The position numbers and the translations under genes were made by a program. The notes below the pieces were generated by a model. The model did no database searches. It saw only the letters and a list, made by a program, of their open reading frames with translations, and was not told the origin of the DNA. Shown piece by piece: positions 26,839-37,872 of a DNA stretch of 64,000 nt (the stretch's first letter is position 1; each line of letters begins with the position of its first letter). The stretch is from positions 434,001 through 498,000 of the forward strand of contig JASTWF010000288.1 in the NCBI GenBank assembly GCA_030390025.1, given 5' to 3'. This DNA is from Squalus acanthias (lineage: Eukaryota).

Positions 26839-29800
26839 GGGCCAAAGATTCGGCCCTTCCCGGGTGAGTACGCGCTGTGTACTCACCCGTAAGGCGTCCC
26901 GAAATGCCGGTTTCCTGCATGCACTGCGCATGCGCGGGAAACCGGAACTTCTGGTGGCCTGAAGGAAAGGGTTCGTAGTTGAATCGCGTGCGCCGGAGAG
27001 GCAGCGCGGGCACATTGAACCTCGCTATTTTTATCAATGGGTTTAGTGCGGGTAAGATCGCGGCAGCTGCGCTTGTAAAAACCTGGAGTAAAGCCATGTT
27101 GGAAGCTCCGTAACGAACAGGAAGAAGAAATCTTTCAGCAGTGGGGCTACTAAACTGAAAATGTTTAATTCTGAAAGGGAGCAAAGTTTATTTCATAAAG
27201 TCTGAGGTAAGTTTCCAATTTAAAAAATTTTTTTAAACGGGTTTTGACCATTTGGAGTAGTCTAGCAACTCTCGCTGTGTGCAAGGCCTAATTGAATTAG
27301 GTTTCTTTCTTCAATATGAAAATGACTGTTTAAAAATGAATTATTTACATTTCCAAAAGTTTTAAAAAAGAAAATGATCATCAATTATATTCCTTTAAGC
27401 AAGTATGTATGTATGACTTTCTGAAAGTGTTACAGTTTTGGAAAATCATCTCGGGCCGTGATATTCATCAGGCGGGTATGACGTGTTCCCAACCCGACAT
27501 CGCACGTTTCCCACCAGAGCCCGACCTGATTTTCTAGCCACTCACTTTATTAAAATTACTTTAACAACTCTTTCCATTTTTTCCTTACAAGTACTTCATC
27601 TGTTTAAAGAGGAAGCCTGTGAGGGAGAAACATGCCCTTTGAGAATGCTGTCCTGGTTCTCGGTGCGATTTTGTATCAGAGAATTTTAAACGCCAGGGAA
27701 CAAGACAGACGGAGGAACCAAAACCGTCTCCTCCTGAGAAGGAGAAACTACTAGCCACCCCAGAGAGTGTACAGGGAGAGTGCTGCTGAAAGTAAGGCTG
27801 CTCGGGGACAGCTGGTAGCCAACACCTTCACCTTCACGAGGTCGTGTCGTCTTGTACCTCCCCCTCCCCCAGCAAGGCAAAGAAAGGAACAGACACGATT
27901 TAAAGTGAAACAGAGAACTTTTATGGCAGCATCAAAGACTTTTGAGGTTCAGTGTTGATGTACATAGTTTATAACTTTTAAATGTTAACTAGCTATTTTC
28001 TACTTTTCAAACATTCGTAAACATAAATAGTTTAGAATAAAATTTGTGAACAGTTTAAAGTGACTTTTTTGGTTTCTTAGTGCAATAAAGACATTCAAGA
28101 TGGAAACGAGCTATTTTCTAATTTTCAAACAGTTGTAATTTTAAATATTTTTGCAAATAAAAATGTTGAATTTTTTCAAAGCGACTAGAGGCTGTACTTT
28201 TTAAATGAAAAGGTTACATACACTTTCAGTCACAAATATATATTTCAATACAAAAAGCAATGAAAACATTTAACATTTAAATAAAATGAAAAATTAAACA
28301 ATTGAACGATTTGCCCTCTCGCATCTGTGCCTGATGGTCAATGGATGTGCATTGTGCAAAAGGTGACACCCTACTGTCTCCTGTGCTTTCCCGCTCCCCG
28401 TGACCGGAGCCCTGTGCTGCGACTTGAAAGGCCCCTGTGTGCCATCTCTTGCCCTTCAGCAATTGCCTCCTGACAGGGTTGCTGCTGCGGCAAGGCAACG
28501 TTTGCTTGCATCACAACTGGCGGAGCAGCTGGCTCTTGGACCTGCACTGTTTCTGCGCTGGGAGCAGGTAAGGGCGGTTCTGCGGGAGTCAAAGTAATGG
28601 CAGCAGAAAGTGGTTTAAGCATATGCAAGAGTCCAACGAGAGACTCATTTATTTGATTAAGCGCCATTCCCACATCTGGTTTGTGCAAGAGTCCAATGAC
28701 AGACTCATTTATTTGATTAAGTGACATGCCAATATAATCCATTCCCTGCCTGATCGAGGCAAGAGAGTCAACTTTCTTCTCAGTAAGAGAACACATCGAT
28801 TCCCTCAACCCTTCAATCTGCTGCATCTGGGCTTGTAACTCATTCTGTTCTGTTGAATGTATATCTGCTTCTCCCACATGCACTGCAGTATCAAGCTGGT
28901 GTCTGTCTGGCACAGAGCCAGAGGGGCCAGGAGATGGAGAGGTACTCTGCAGCAACCCAGGTTCCATACCCTCCTCTTCCACTAGATCCACAAGTTGCTC
29001 CTGCTCCTCCACCACCACCACCTCACTCACTGCTCCCCAGCAACCCCTTCCCCAAAGCCCTCTGCGGCTGCAGACTCAACGCACTGCTCAGCCTGTGTGT
29101 GAGAAGTCTGCTGTCCACCTGTGGAAAGGAAACAGTAAACATTTGCAAAGGTAAAGCATGATGTGCCACATCACAGAAGCTGATATTCAACACACATCTA
29201 ACATTTTTAAACATATAGCTGGCCAGAGCAACTCACGGTTATGTATACCAGTGTCGGTTCGTACACCATCAAAGGGGTAGCCGCTACTAAATCCAAACAG
29301 ATGCTCGAGCCTTTCCTCATGTTCGGATAAAGCCCTTAGCGTGACAACACCACCACCTGTCAGTGCACGTTCTCTGGCGTTGTGAGCAGTTTTACTCTAA
29401 AATGAAAACAGAAAATATGAAATGTCATGAAACGTCAGCTTTTTCTGCAGATTACACCCTAAGTGCATTTGAAACATGGACACAGCTTGCTTTGCAGACA
29501 GGGGTTTTTTTTCACTCACTAATTCATGGAAAAGTCTTTAAAAGTTTGTAAAAGTTAGCAAAACATGCATTAAAATACAAAGAGACAACTTACAATTGAT
29601 GTTCTGCTATTTCCAAAGCTTGCCAGCATGTGGAAAAAATTGGGGGCGTGGCCTATGCAAATGCGACTTCGGAGGGCGTGTCTTCACTGCCCTCCGCTCG
29701 GGAGGCTCCGCGCACGCTGCCCTCCTGGGCGGTGTGACGTCAGATGCTGCTCGGGAGTGCTCTTCAAAAAATCCGAAGTTCCTGTGGCCCAAAAGCAGAA

Positions 29801-29873
29801 CGGCAGACGCGGTAGGTAAGTGCGCGCGCGATCCTTACCCCCGCGGCAAGCCGGAGAGGCGAATTTCTGGGCC
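26839..29873 (+). mobile_element. Non-autonomous PIF/Harbinger-type DNA transposon (3035 bp)
   Basis: Imperfect 14-bp TIRs GGGCCAAAGATTCG / CGAATTTCTGGGCC; exact 3-bp TSD GTT; the interrupted pLTR rejoins seamlessly; carries Myb/SANT-partner gene exons on - and a possible transposase C-terminal remnant (AARGQLVANTF, about 27780-27830) on +. Confidence 0.88.
28371..29396 (-). pseudogene. Harbinger second gene (Myb/SANT-like partner), exons downstream of the Myb domain
   Basis: Exon starting at 29396 after ttttAG encodes SKTAHNARERALTGGGVVTLRALSEHEERLE (the TGGG motif that follows Myb/SANT-like domains). Next acceptor tttccacAG at about 29120 leads, with one frameshift, to an acidic/coiled-coil 219-aa ORF. 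The Myb domain exon itself is not seen. Confidence 0.75.
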
Positions 29874-30277
29874 GTTAACTCTGTTTCTCTCTCCACAGAT
29901 GCTGCCTGACCTGCTGAGTATTTCCAGCACTTTCTGTTTTTATCATGCAAATAGTCTTGTGGGTAGATCAGTAATGTTGAAACAGCTGACCATCTTGAAT
30001 TCTTTGAAAAGGAAATTATTAATCTATAAGGGTCTTGTGAATAACAACCCCAGATATGGTGTGAGGCTCTGGGTGGCGGGGCAGGGGGACGGATGCGGAT
30101 GGGCAGGGCGGGAACGGGTGGGGGGCAGGGGGGTTACAGGCAGAGGTGCTCGGTGGTGGGACATGGGGCAGTCGGGGCCGGCCTGGGGGTCATGGGGGGG
30201 CTTGGTGGAGGGGAGGGGCGACAGGCTGGGGGGTGAGGGGGTGCTTAAAAACTCAGCGCCTTTTGAGCTCAGAGCAG

Positions 30278-30633
30278 AGACCACACAGCTGTTTGAAGAA
30301 CACCCAGCTATCAGAAGACCGCACAGCTGTTTGAAGAACACCCAACTATCAGAAGACCACACAGCTGTTTGAAGAACACCCAGCTATCAGAAGACCGCAC
30401 AGCTGTTTGAAGAACACCCAACTATCAGAAGACCGCACAGCTGTTTGAAGAACACCCAACTATCAGAAGACCACACAGCTGTTTGAAGAACACCCAACTA
30501 TCAGAAGACCACACAGCTGTTTGAAGAACACCCAACTATCGGAAGACCACACAGCTGTTTGAAGAACACCCAACTATCAGAAGACCACACAACTGTTTGA
30601 AGAACACCCAACTATCGGAAGACCACACAGCTG
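30278..30633 (+). repeat. 38-bp tandem repeat, about 9 copies
   Basis: Unit GAAGAACACCCAACTATCAGAAGACCACACAGCTGTTT, each carrying a CAGCTG E-box. Confidence 0.93.
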
Positions 30634-31781
30634 AACTTGAAACAACTACACCACCACTTTAATTGCAGCCTGATGGGGTAATATTGTTTTAATCTCTAAT
30701 AATGCCACAGGAGCCTAAAGTTGTTTTGTTCTCTATTGTTATAATAGTCTTCGAATGTTTGATTTGTCTATTAATAAATGAGACATCGATTACCCTTTGG
30801 TGTCACGTCTGAATCTGTTGCACAGTAGAGGAGCAGAACAGTAAAGGGATGCAAAATTCTACCTAATGCCTTGTCTTATTAATTAGCAGTTTCGAGAGTA
30901 AGTCTCAGCACCTTTAAATACCTTATTAAGAAATACAGGATGAGCAGATACTCTGTCCTCTACCGTACCTTATATTGATCCATCAATCAATAGTGAACCA
31001 TCTCTGGCACCTGACTCTTCTTTGTCTTCTCTGCTGGGTTTTGGCAGGAAGCGAGGGAAAGACAGCTGGAACTTCTCTAATCTGTGATTTACAAGGACAC
31101 TTTGCCTGGTTCCCAGCAGTTACTTTTCTTCAGTAATTTTCTCTTTATCCCTAAACTACCCTGCCTGTTGTTAATGATGTTATTTCTTATAGTTTCACAA
31201 TTATAGTTATAAAGTTCTCACATTATAATCTAATCTATTCTATTACTCATGCTAGTTTAAGCTTATATTGTGCTTAATAACAGACAAACGCTGATCTTTC
31301 CCCTGAGTTCGAAGATTCCAAGTAGTCGACCATGAGGAATGTCTTATCAGTGTTGCCTTGATGCCTTGTTGGAGTTTTCTAATAAGATAAATTCTCTTTC
31401 CCATAATGCACGTTGTAGGAAAGGCTGATATTTAGAGATATTTAGTCGATGAGAATCATATATGTATAACTTCAAGTGTAGCCATTGACTAAATAATATT
31501 AGTCATAATTACTCCTGGGGAACTAAAAAGCTAAGACTTGTTCAGAATGTAGCTGCGGGGACAGCCAAACACAGTTTTGACTAAGCTTTGATAACAAGCA
31601 GCTACAGGCTGCTTGTGAAGGTCAAATCATTAAATAACATATTATGATGCTGTATAGAACTTAGAACTCGCTTAACAAAACTAATTGCAACAATATTTAA
31701 AGGATAATTAGTATAAGGACAGAAAATGAGAGAGATCATGGAAGTTAAGGTATTTATCTGGTAGGTTAAAGTGAGATAGTC

Positions 31782-32090
31782 TGGATGGTGGCATAGTGGT
31801 TAGCACTGTTGCCTCACAGCGCCAGGGACCCGGGTTCGAATCCGGCCACAGGGTGACTGTCTGTGTGGAGTTTGCACATTCTCCCCGTGTCTGCGTGGGT
31901 TTCCTCCGGGTGCTCCGGTTTCCTCCCACAGTCCAAAGATGTGCGGGTTAGGTTGATTTGGCTATGATAAATTGACTCTGAGTGTTAGGGGGATTGAATA
32001 CGTGGGGTTACGGGGATAGGGTGGGATATGTGTCAGTGCAGGCTCGATGGGCCGAAATGGCCTCTATCTGCACTGTGGGGATTCTGTGGA
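31782..32090 (+). mobile_element. V-SINE (HE1-like)
   Basis: tRNA-like head (TGGCATAGTGG...GGTTCGAATCC), V-domain GTGGAGTTTGCACATTCTCCCCGTGTCTGCGTGGGTTTCCTCCGG, CR1-like tail. Confidence 0.88.
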
Positions 32091-32642
32091 TACATCAAGA
32101 CGAGTGAAACAGTGCTGATATGGGCCCTTGGTATAAAGGCCTTGTACCAGGGAGGCTGTGAAATGAAAGAGATATGGTAAATTCCAATGGGGTGAAAAGC
32201 TATAAACAAGATAACACGACAGCGGAACAGAGTTAATGAAAATGTACTGGAAAAGGAGTGGCCAGGTTACCAACCTTAACATGAGTGACAATGGTATTTT
32301 GACCATTAGAACCAATTAAAAAAGGTGATTTTGTTAAAGACCATATATGGACACTGGCCAAACGAACTGTTGATAAGAAAAGGGTTAAAACCTCGATACA
32401 CAAAGAACAACTTCACACAGAGATTTTCTGCGAAGAGAAGGAACAGACTTACGACGACGTTGCCTGTGTCCGAAGGGCTCCAGCAACCAAGGGCTGCCAG
32501 CTATTCGTTTTACTATCGCCTAATGTTAAGTATTGATTACGCTGTAAGCTTAATAAATCTGATCTATTGCTCAAATATGCTGGCTGCTGCCTATTTGTGT
32601 CTTGTCCAAGAACTTTGAGTGGTCACTTGACTGACTCACAAT

Positions 32643-32660
32643 TGGCACCCCAGATGGGAC
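32643..32660 (+). promoter_or_regulatory. Primer-binding site, tRNA-Arg(CCU)-type
   Basis: TGGCACCCCAGATGGGAC is complementary to GTCCCATCTGGGGTG-CCA, the 3' end of a vertebrate tRNA-Arg(CCT) as I recall it; it follows the LTR-terminal CA and precedes gag. Confidence 0.8.
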
Positions 32661-34060
32661 AAGACAAAGCGGCTAGTGTTGTGCAATAGACCAGACCTCG
32701 AGAGTAGCCTCCTGATCAGCTGCTGCTCCTGGGGAGGGATTAACCCTTCGTGGGGAGTGCCCGTGAATTGCGCGCCGATAGTTATAGATGTTAGAGGTCT
32801 GTTAAGAAAACTACAAAATGACTAGTAAAAGTTTTGTTAACACGTATAAGGGTAAGTTAGACAGAGGTGCCTGTGAGGAGGAAGTACAGGTACTATTGAC
32901 GGAATGTTTAAGCAAAGGAGACCGAGTCCCCTTTGACGAAGTGATGAACTTTATTCAGGAACGTGTGGATCTAACAAAGGTTAAAAGTGAGAAGGCGGCT
33001 CGGCTACTCGCCTATGCAGTATTTTACTGTGCTCAAAGAGATGGTGAGTACTGTAAGAAACAAAGGCAAGAGAGAGAAGATTAAGAGCACAACACAATGA
33101 GTCAAAAGAAAAACATAGCCGGGAGGTAGAGGACTTAAGGAAGCAGCAAGAGCTGGAGGTGGAAGACTTCAAAAGAAAGCAGGTTCAGGAAGTGAGAGAT
33201 TTGAAAAAGCGAATTACTGACTTAGAGAGCCGGACCTCTCAAGCTGCGGTAGTTCGGCAACAACAGAGCGTGTGCACAGTCCAGGCAGGAAGCGTTGTAC
33301 GTGAACTAGAAGAAACCAAACTGGCGTTACAATCTTGTGAGATAGAGAGGGAGAATCTTACACGCGATCTACAAGATGCCAGAGACGCCTTGAGGGAACT
33401 CTCCAGCGCCCTTATAGAGAGACGGATCACACCCCGTGTAGATTGAAGATATACAAACTAGAGGGAAAGCTGGGAAAACGGGAGGCTGTTGTGGCTGCTG
33501 TTACTGCCAGATGGTATGATGCAGCAGTGGGAGCAGCGGGCGGAGGAGAAATGATAGACTGGGATACACTAGAAGGCAAAACATATCAGCACGGCCGACA
33601 TGATGGTTGGGGAGACCCCGGGGTGTCCTCCAGCCAAGAGGAGAGGCGGTCGGCCCCTGTGAGTGTCATAGTTAGAACCCAGGCCTATAATGACAAGGGG
33701 GGAGAAAACCTCCTCCGAGAAGCGCTCCGTTCCCCTCAATGCTGCCGAAGTACAAGCTTGTGTTAATGAGTTAGGCCCCATAACACTATCCAAGTGCCCC
33801 ATCGACGATAAAGTTCGATGGAATGCTTGGATGCGGGGACACAGCGAATTAGAGGACAGCGATTTGAAACGCATCCTCCTCGCTGCCACTAACCCCAAGA
33901 TACGGCAAAATCTTCCGTTCCTGGTTTATAATATCGCCACTGCCTCGGCAGCAGTCATGGAGTCCATTCAGGAACAGTTAGGCATTAACAGCATGGAATA
34001 ACAACAGAAAACGCTGGAAAAACTCAGCAGGCCAGGCAGCATCCGTGGAGAGAGAAAGAG

Positions 34061-34097
34061 AGTTAACGTTTCAGGTCGATGACCTTTCATCAGAACT
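34061..34097 (-). ncRNA. Minimal hammerhead ribozyme motif (mirror copy)
   Basis: Exact reverse complement of 34721-34757. Confidence 0.7.
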
Positions 34098-34720
34098 GGG
34101 AAGAGCCGGAAATCAAATAGATTTAAGGCCAGGGTAAAGCTGGGAAAAGGGGGAGGGGATAAAGGAACAAAGGGGGAGATGAAGAGACATTAAGAGACAT
34201 TAAGAGATATGCAAGGCTAGAGGTGGTGTTAATGTGACAGATTAAGGCTGAATGAAGTGTGAAATCCACTGGCAGAATGAAGGACAGCTGCCAGCTTCTA
34301 GGAGGAAAAAAAAGGGTGGGGGGGGACAAATAAAAGGGTGGATAAAATAAAATATAAATGTGATTGGAGCTGAGGTTATGATCTAAAATTGTTGAAGAGT
34401 CCCTCTGGACTCAATATCGAGTTCAACAATTTTAGATCATAACCTCAGCTCCAATCACATTTATATTTTATTTTATCCACCCTTTTATTTGTCCCCCCCC
34501 ACCCTTTTTTTTCCTCCTAGAAGCTGGCAGCTGTCCTTCATTCTGCCAGTGGATTTCACACTTCATTCAGCCTTAATCTGTCACATTAACACCACCTCTA
34601 GCCTTGCATATCTCTTAATGTCTCTTAATGTCTCTTCATCTCCCCCTTTGTTCCTTTATCCCCTCCCCCTTTTCCCAGCTTTACCCTGGCCTTAAATCTA
34701 TTTGATTTCCGGCTCTTCCC

Positions 34721-34757
34721 AGTTCTGATGAAAGGTCATCGACCTGAAACGTTAACT
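34721..34757 (+). ncRNA. Minimal type I hammerhead ribozyme motif
   Basis: AGTT-CTGATGA-A-AGGTC atc GACCT-GAAACGTT-AACT: catalytic core, stem II, palindromic stem III, stem I AGTT/AACT. Confidence 0.75.
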
Positions 34758-35770
34758 CTCTTTCTCTCTCCACGGATGCTGCCTGGCCTGCTGAGTTTTT
34801 CCAGCATTTTCTGTTGTTATTTCGGATTTTCAGCATCCGCAGTATTTTGCTATCGTATTAACAGCATGGATATGGCTAAGAAATGTTACCAAACAACACA
34901 GGGACCAGTAGAATCACCCACTGTATACAGTGATAGGCTCTACACCGTTTATGGTGGAACCCAAGGAGTTGCTCCTGAATCCGATGACGAAGGGAAGGAC
35001 CAGGAACCATTCAAGAAACAATTCTTGCAAAGCTCACTGAGGCGCGCTCTAGGACACACGGTCTCACCTGTGACTGAGTGTCCTGAACTACTCCAGACCA
35101 CCAATCGGGCATGGACTTTTGCAAGGGAGGAGTGTAAACCAAAAAAAACTGTTCGTGTGGTAGAAAAACCTGTCAATGTGGAAGAAAAACCTGTTAGTGT
35201 GGTAGAAGGGCCAGTTATGCCCACTGCACCCCCCTACACACGTCAATTAGAAGGAAATTGTTGCAACTGTCGGAGACCTGGGCACTATTCTAAATTTTGT
35301 AAGAAACCTCAAAAACCGGGCCAACGGCACCCTCCCTTTCAAGGAAATCTACCCCCATCACCACCAATAATATCCGCTGATCCCCTGGAGACCAAGGTAG
35401 ATCAATTGGCCGGAGAAATGAGTAAAATAACAACCATACTGAACACCCACCTTGTTACAAGAGCTAATCGGGTGGCGGCTGTCTCGGATCCGGCTGGATG
35501 ACAGCCACAGGGATCCCAGGCAACGGCCCAATGAAGGGGACGGGCCCCTCTTGGTCGGAAGTGGGGTTCCGACGTGATGTTAACGGGCGACCGGAAATTT
35601 TGGTTGTTCTACCGGGGGGGCCGACAACAAATCATGCTTATTGACACCGGCTCATCCGTTACCATCATCCATACCCCACACCCTGAACGCCATGGTGCGG
35701 CGGGCAAGGGCTGCCTGACATTACAAGGCTTTGATGGGAGGTCAGGCTCTGCTTTTAAGGGAGAAATGAT

Positions 35771-36497
35771 GGGCCAAAAATTCGACCCTTCCCGGGTGAG
35801 TACACAGTCCGTACTCACCCGTAATGCGTCCCGAAGTGCCGGTTTCCTGCATGCACTGCGCATGCGTGGGAAACCGGAACTTCCGGTATGGTGAAGGGGG
35901 CGGTTCCTAGGTGAACCGCGTGTGCGGTAGAGGCTGCGCGCACGCAGCAAACTTAGATTTTTTTTCAGGTTTCTACGCGAGGGTAAGTATTGAAGAAACT
36001 ACGCTAATAAAAAGGAGGCACAGGACCCGTTTTCAACAAGGTAAGTGGTTAATTAAGTATAATTTAAAAAAAATTTCAACAGGTTTATCTTTTGTAGATA
36101 CTTTAAAGAAAGGTAAGTTTATTTTTAGCACTTTTTGTTTAAAGTGGTTAATTTATTTAACTACAGTTATTTTATAAATGTGATGGTTTTTTTTAAAATT
36201 TATTTTAAGTTTAGCTGTTCTTTTGGGGCCGATTTCAATTCACAGATTTGACAGGTCTCCTGTCAAATCTATGAATGAAAGATGGTCTGCTGCCATTGGC
36301 TCTCCATGGCCCACATGATCCCAGGGACGCATCGCACTAACTACGCCCCTGGGACACGCAAGCACTGCGCGCTGGCAATTGGAGCAGGCCCAGGAGCTGA
36401 AGTTCCTGTGGGCCCAAAACACAACGGCAGGCGCGGTAGGTAAGTGCGCGCGCGATCCTTACCCCCGCGGCAAGCCGGAGAGGCGAATTTCTGGGCC
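35771..36497 (+). mobile_element. Harbinger-type MITE in the protease
   Basis: TIRs GGGCCAAAAATTCG / CGAATTTCTGGGCC; TSD GAT; excision restores ...FKGEMIPLRTKG in frame. Confidence 0.92.
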
Positions 36498-37028
36498 GAT
36501 ACCTCTGCGCACAAAGGGGATCGATTTAAATGTTGATGACCCTGTCATGATGACAACTCCTGATGGAAGGGGCATATTGGGAAGTGATGTTTTGGAAAGT
36601 TACGGGACAATTATTGATTACAACCAGAGGTGTATTTGGATCGGGACAGGAGGTAGTGAATTGGTCGAAATATCGGATGCCCACTCCGTATTTGTGATTA
36701 AGAGGACTTGCTTGTACGAGGCACCAGATCACCCAGACGTGCGAGTCAAATTATTAATTCAAATGCACTCACCCGCATTCGCCACTAGTAAGCATGACTG
36801 CGGTTGAATGGAGGGTGAGGAGACGATTAACGGCCCGCCACACTCCTTTGTTAAACAGTACCCAATTCCCAAAGAAAGTCATCCCTATATCCGAGATACC
36901 CAAACCCCCCAAAAAAAACACTGCAGACAGCAGGATTTGACACGTTGGACCCCCTGGGACACATCTCATTGTCTTGGCTGTGCTCTTGGTGTGTCTTTGA
37001 TGTAAGGACACCTTCCCTGAAAGATTGT

Positions 37029-37772
37029 GGGCCGAAAATTGATCCCGGGACGCGAGAGTACGCACTGCGTACTCTCGCGTATTTCCACTCCAATTGCCGG
37101 TTTTCTGCATGCCCTGCGCATGCGCTGAAAACCGGCAATTGCTCTTCTGAAAAGGGGGCGGGGCCTGCGTGCATCGCGTGTGCGCTACAGGCTGCGCGCA
37201 CGCTGTGCACTTCATGCTGTGGACGCGCAGGTAAGTAGGGAAGATTTTGGAAATGTAAAAAGGAGGAGTAAGACCCGCTTTTAAGAAGGTAAGTAGTGAA
37301 TTAAGTATTTTTTTGAATTTTTTTTTACAGGTATATCTTTTTTATAGACTTTAAAGACAGGTAAGTTTATTTTTATAACATTTTAAAAGATTTTAAATTT
37401 TTTCAAAAATTTAATTTTTTATTTAAAATGGTTAATTTAATTAACTATACTTATTTTATTAATGTGATGGTTTTTTTTTTTAATTTAATTGAGGTTTAGC
37501 TGTTATTTTGGGGGGGTGTAAGATTCATAAGTCTCACAGCCATGCTGTGAGACTTATGAATGGAAGATGGTGTGCTGCCATTGGCTCTAACTGAGTCACG
37601 TGATCCCACAGCTCGCACGAATTAACTACGCCGCTGGGATACGCAAGCCCAGCACAGCTGATGTCTGGAACATCAAGTTCGTGCGAGCTGGATCAGAAAA
37701 AGCATAAGCGAGGTGAGACATCGCGGGGAAGGCTTACCCCCGCGGGAACAGAGCGAGATCAATTTCTGGGCC
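37029..37772 (+). mobile_element. Harbinger-type MITE, diverged subfamily
   Basis: TIRs GGGCCGAAAATTGA / TCAATTTCTGGGCC; internal homology to the other copies; TSD imperfect (TGT/ATT). Confidence 0.88.
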
Positions 37773-37834
37773 ATTATCTCTGCAGTGTCTATGTTTATAT
37801 ACGGTGTAATGTTGTAGATTCACTCACTGTACCT

Positions 37835-37872
37835 TTGCCTGACGAAGGGGCGATAGCTCCGAAAGCTTGTAA
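37835..37872 (+). ncRNA. Minimal hammerhead ribozyme motif (degenerate stem I)
   Basis: CTGACGA-A-GGGGC gata GCTCC-GAAAGCTT. Confidence 0.6.

Larger units (their letters stand above)
19985..29945 (+). mobile_element. Penelope-like element (RT + GIY-YIG + pseudo-LTR), split by three insertions
   Basis: LSKGLSFIP, KPADKGGAVVVW, PKIHK..PGRPIVS, GVAMGTRMGPSYA, RYIDD, YKPTDSH; GIY-YIG NLVYCIRC..CGLLYIGET..RLGDRFAEH at about 26270-26360. The pLTR is cut at 26838 and resumes at 29874. Confidence 0.88.
30060..32640 (+). repeat. Putative 5' LTR (right end firm, left end tentative)
   Basis: Ends ...CTCACA two nt before the PBS; TGTGAG at 30060 is its 6-bp inverted match; TATAAA at about 32132 and AATAAA at about 32552. 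Without a 3' LTR the left edge cannot be confirmed. Confidence 0.55.
33998..34856. mobile_element. Penelope pseudo-LTR-only insertion forming a 399-bp inverted repeat
   Basis: Arms 33998-34396 and 34422-34820 near-identical (same 68-aa ORF on both strands); 25-nt spacer; 36-nt extra tail; 14-bp TSD ATTAACAGCATGGA (33984-33997 / 34857-34870). Confidence 0.9.
32818..35501 (+). pseudogene. gag: Retroviral gag (helical N-terminus, long coiled coil, capsid-like region, one CCHC knuckle)
   Basis: ATG 32818; heptad-rich 33085-33480; QGPVESPTVYSDRL (MHR-like); CCNCRRPGHYSKFC; TGA 35499-35501; stops/frameshifts plus insert 33998-34856. Confidence 0.85.

Noticed and set aside
30278-30633. 38-bp repeats resembling a CRISPR array
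   Set aside because: Head-to-tail units with no spacers.
30830-31780. Possible antisense accessory ORF inside the putative LTR
   Set aside because: Only short open stretches with no recognisable motif.
35771-36497. MITEs acting as self-removing introns (introners)
   Set aside because: Donors lie near the ends but there is no polypyrimidine-AG acceptor at the opposite terminus on either strand.
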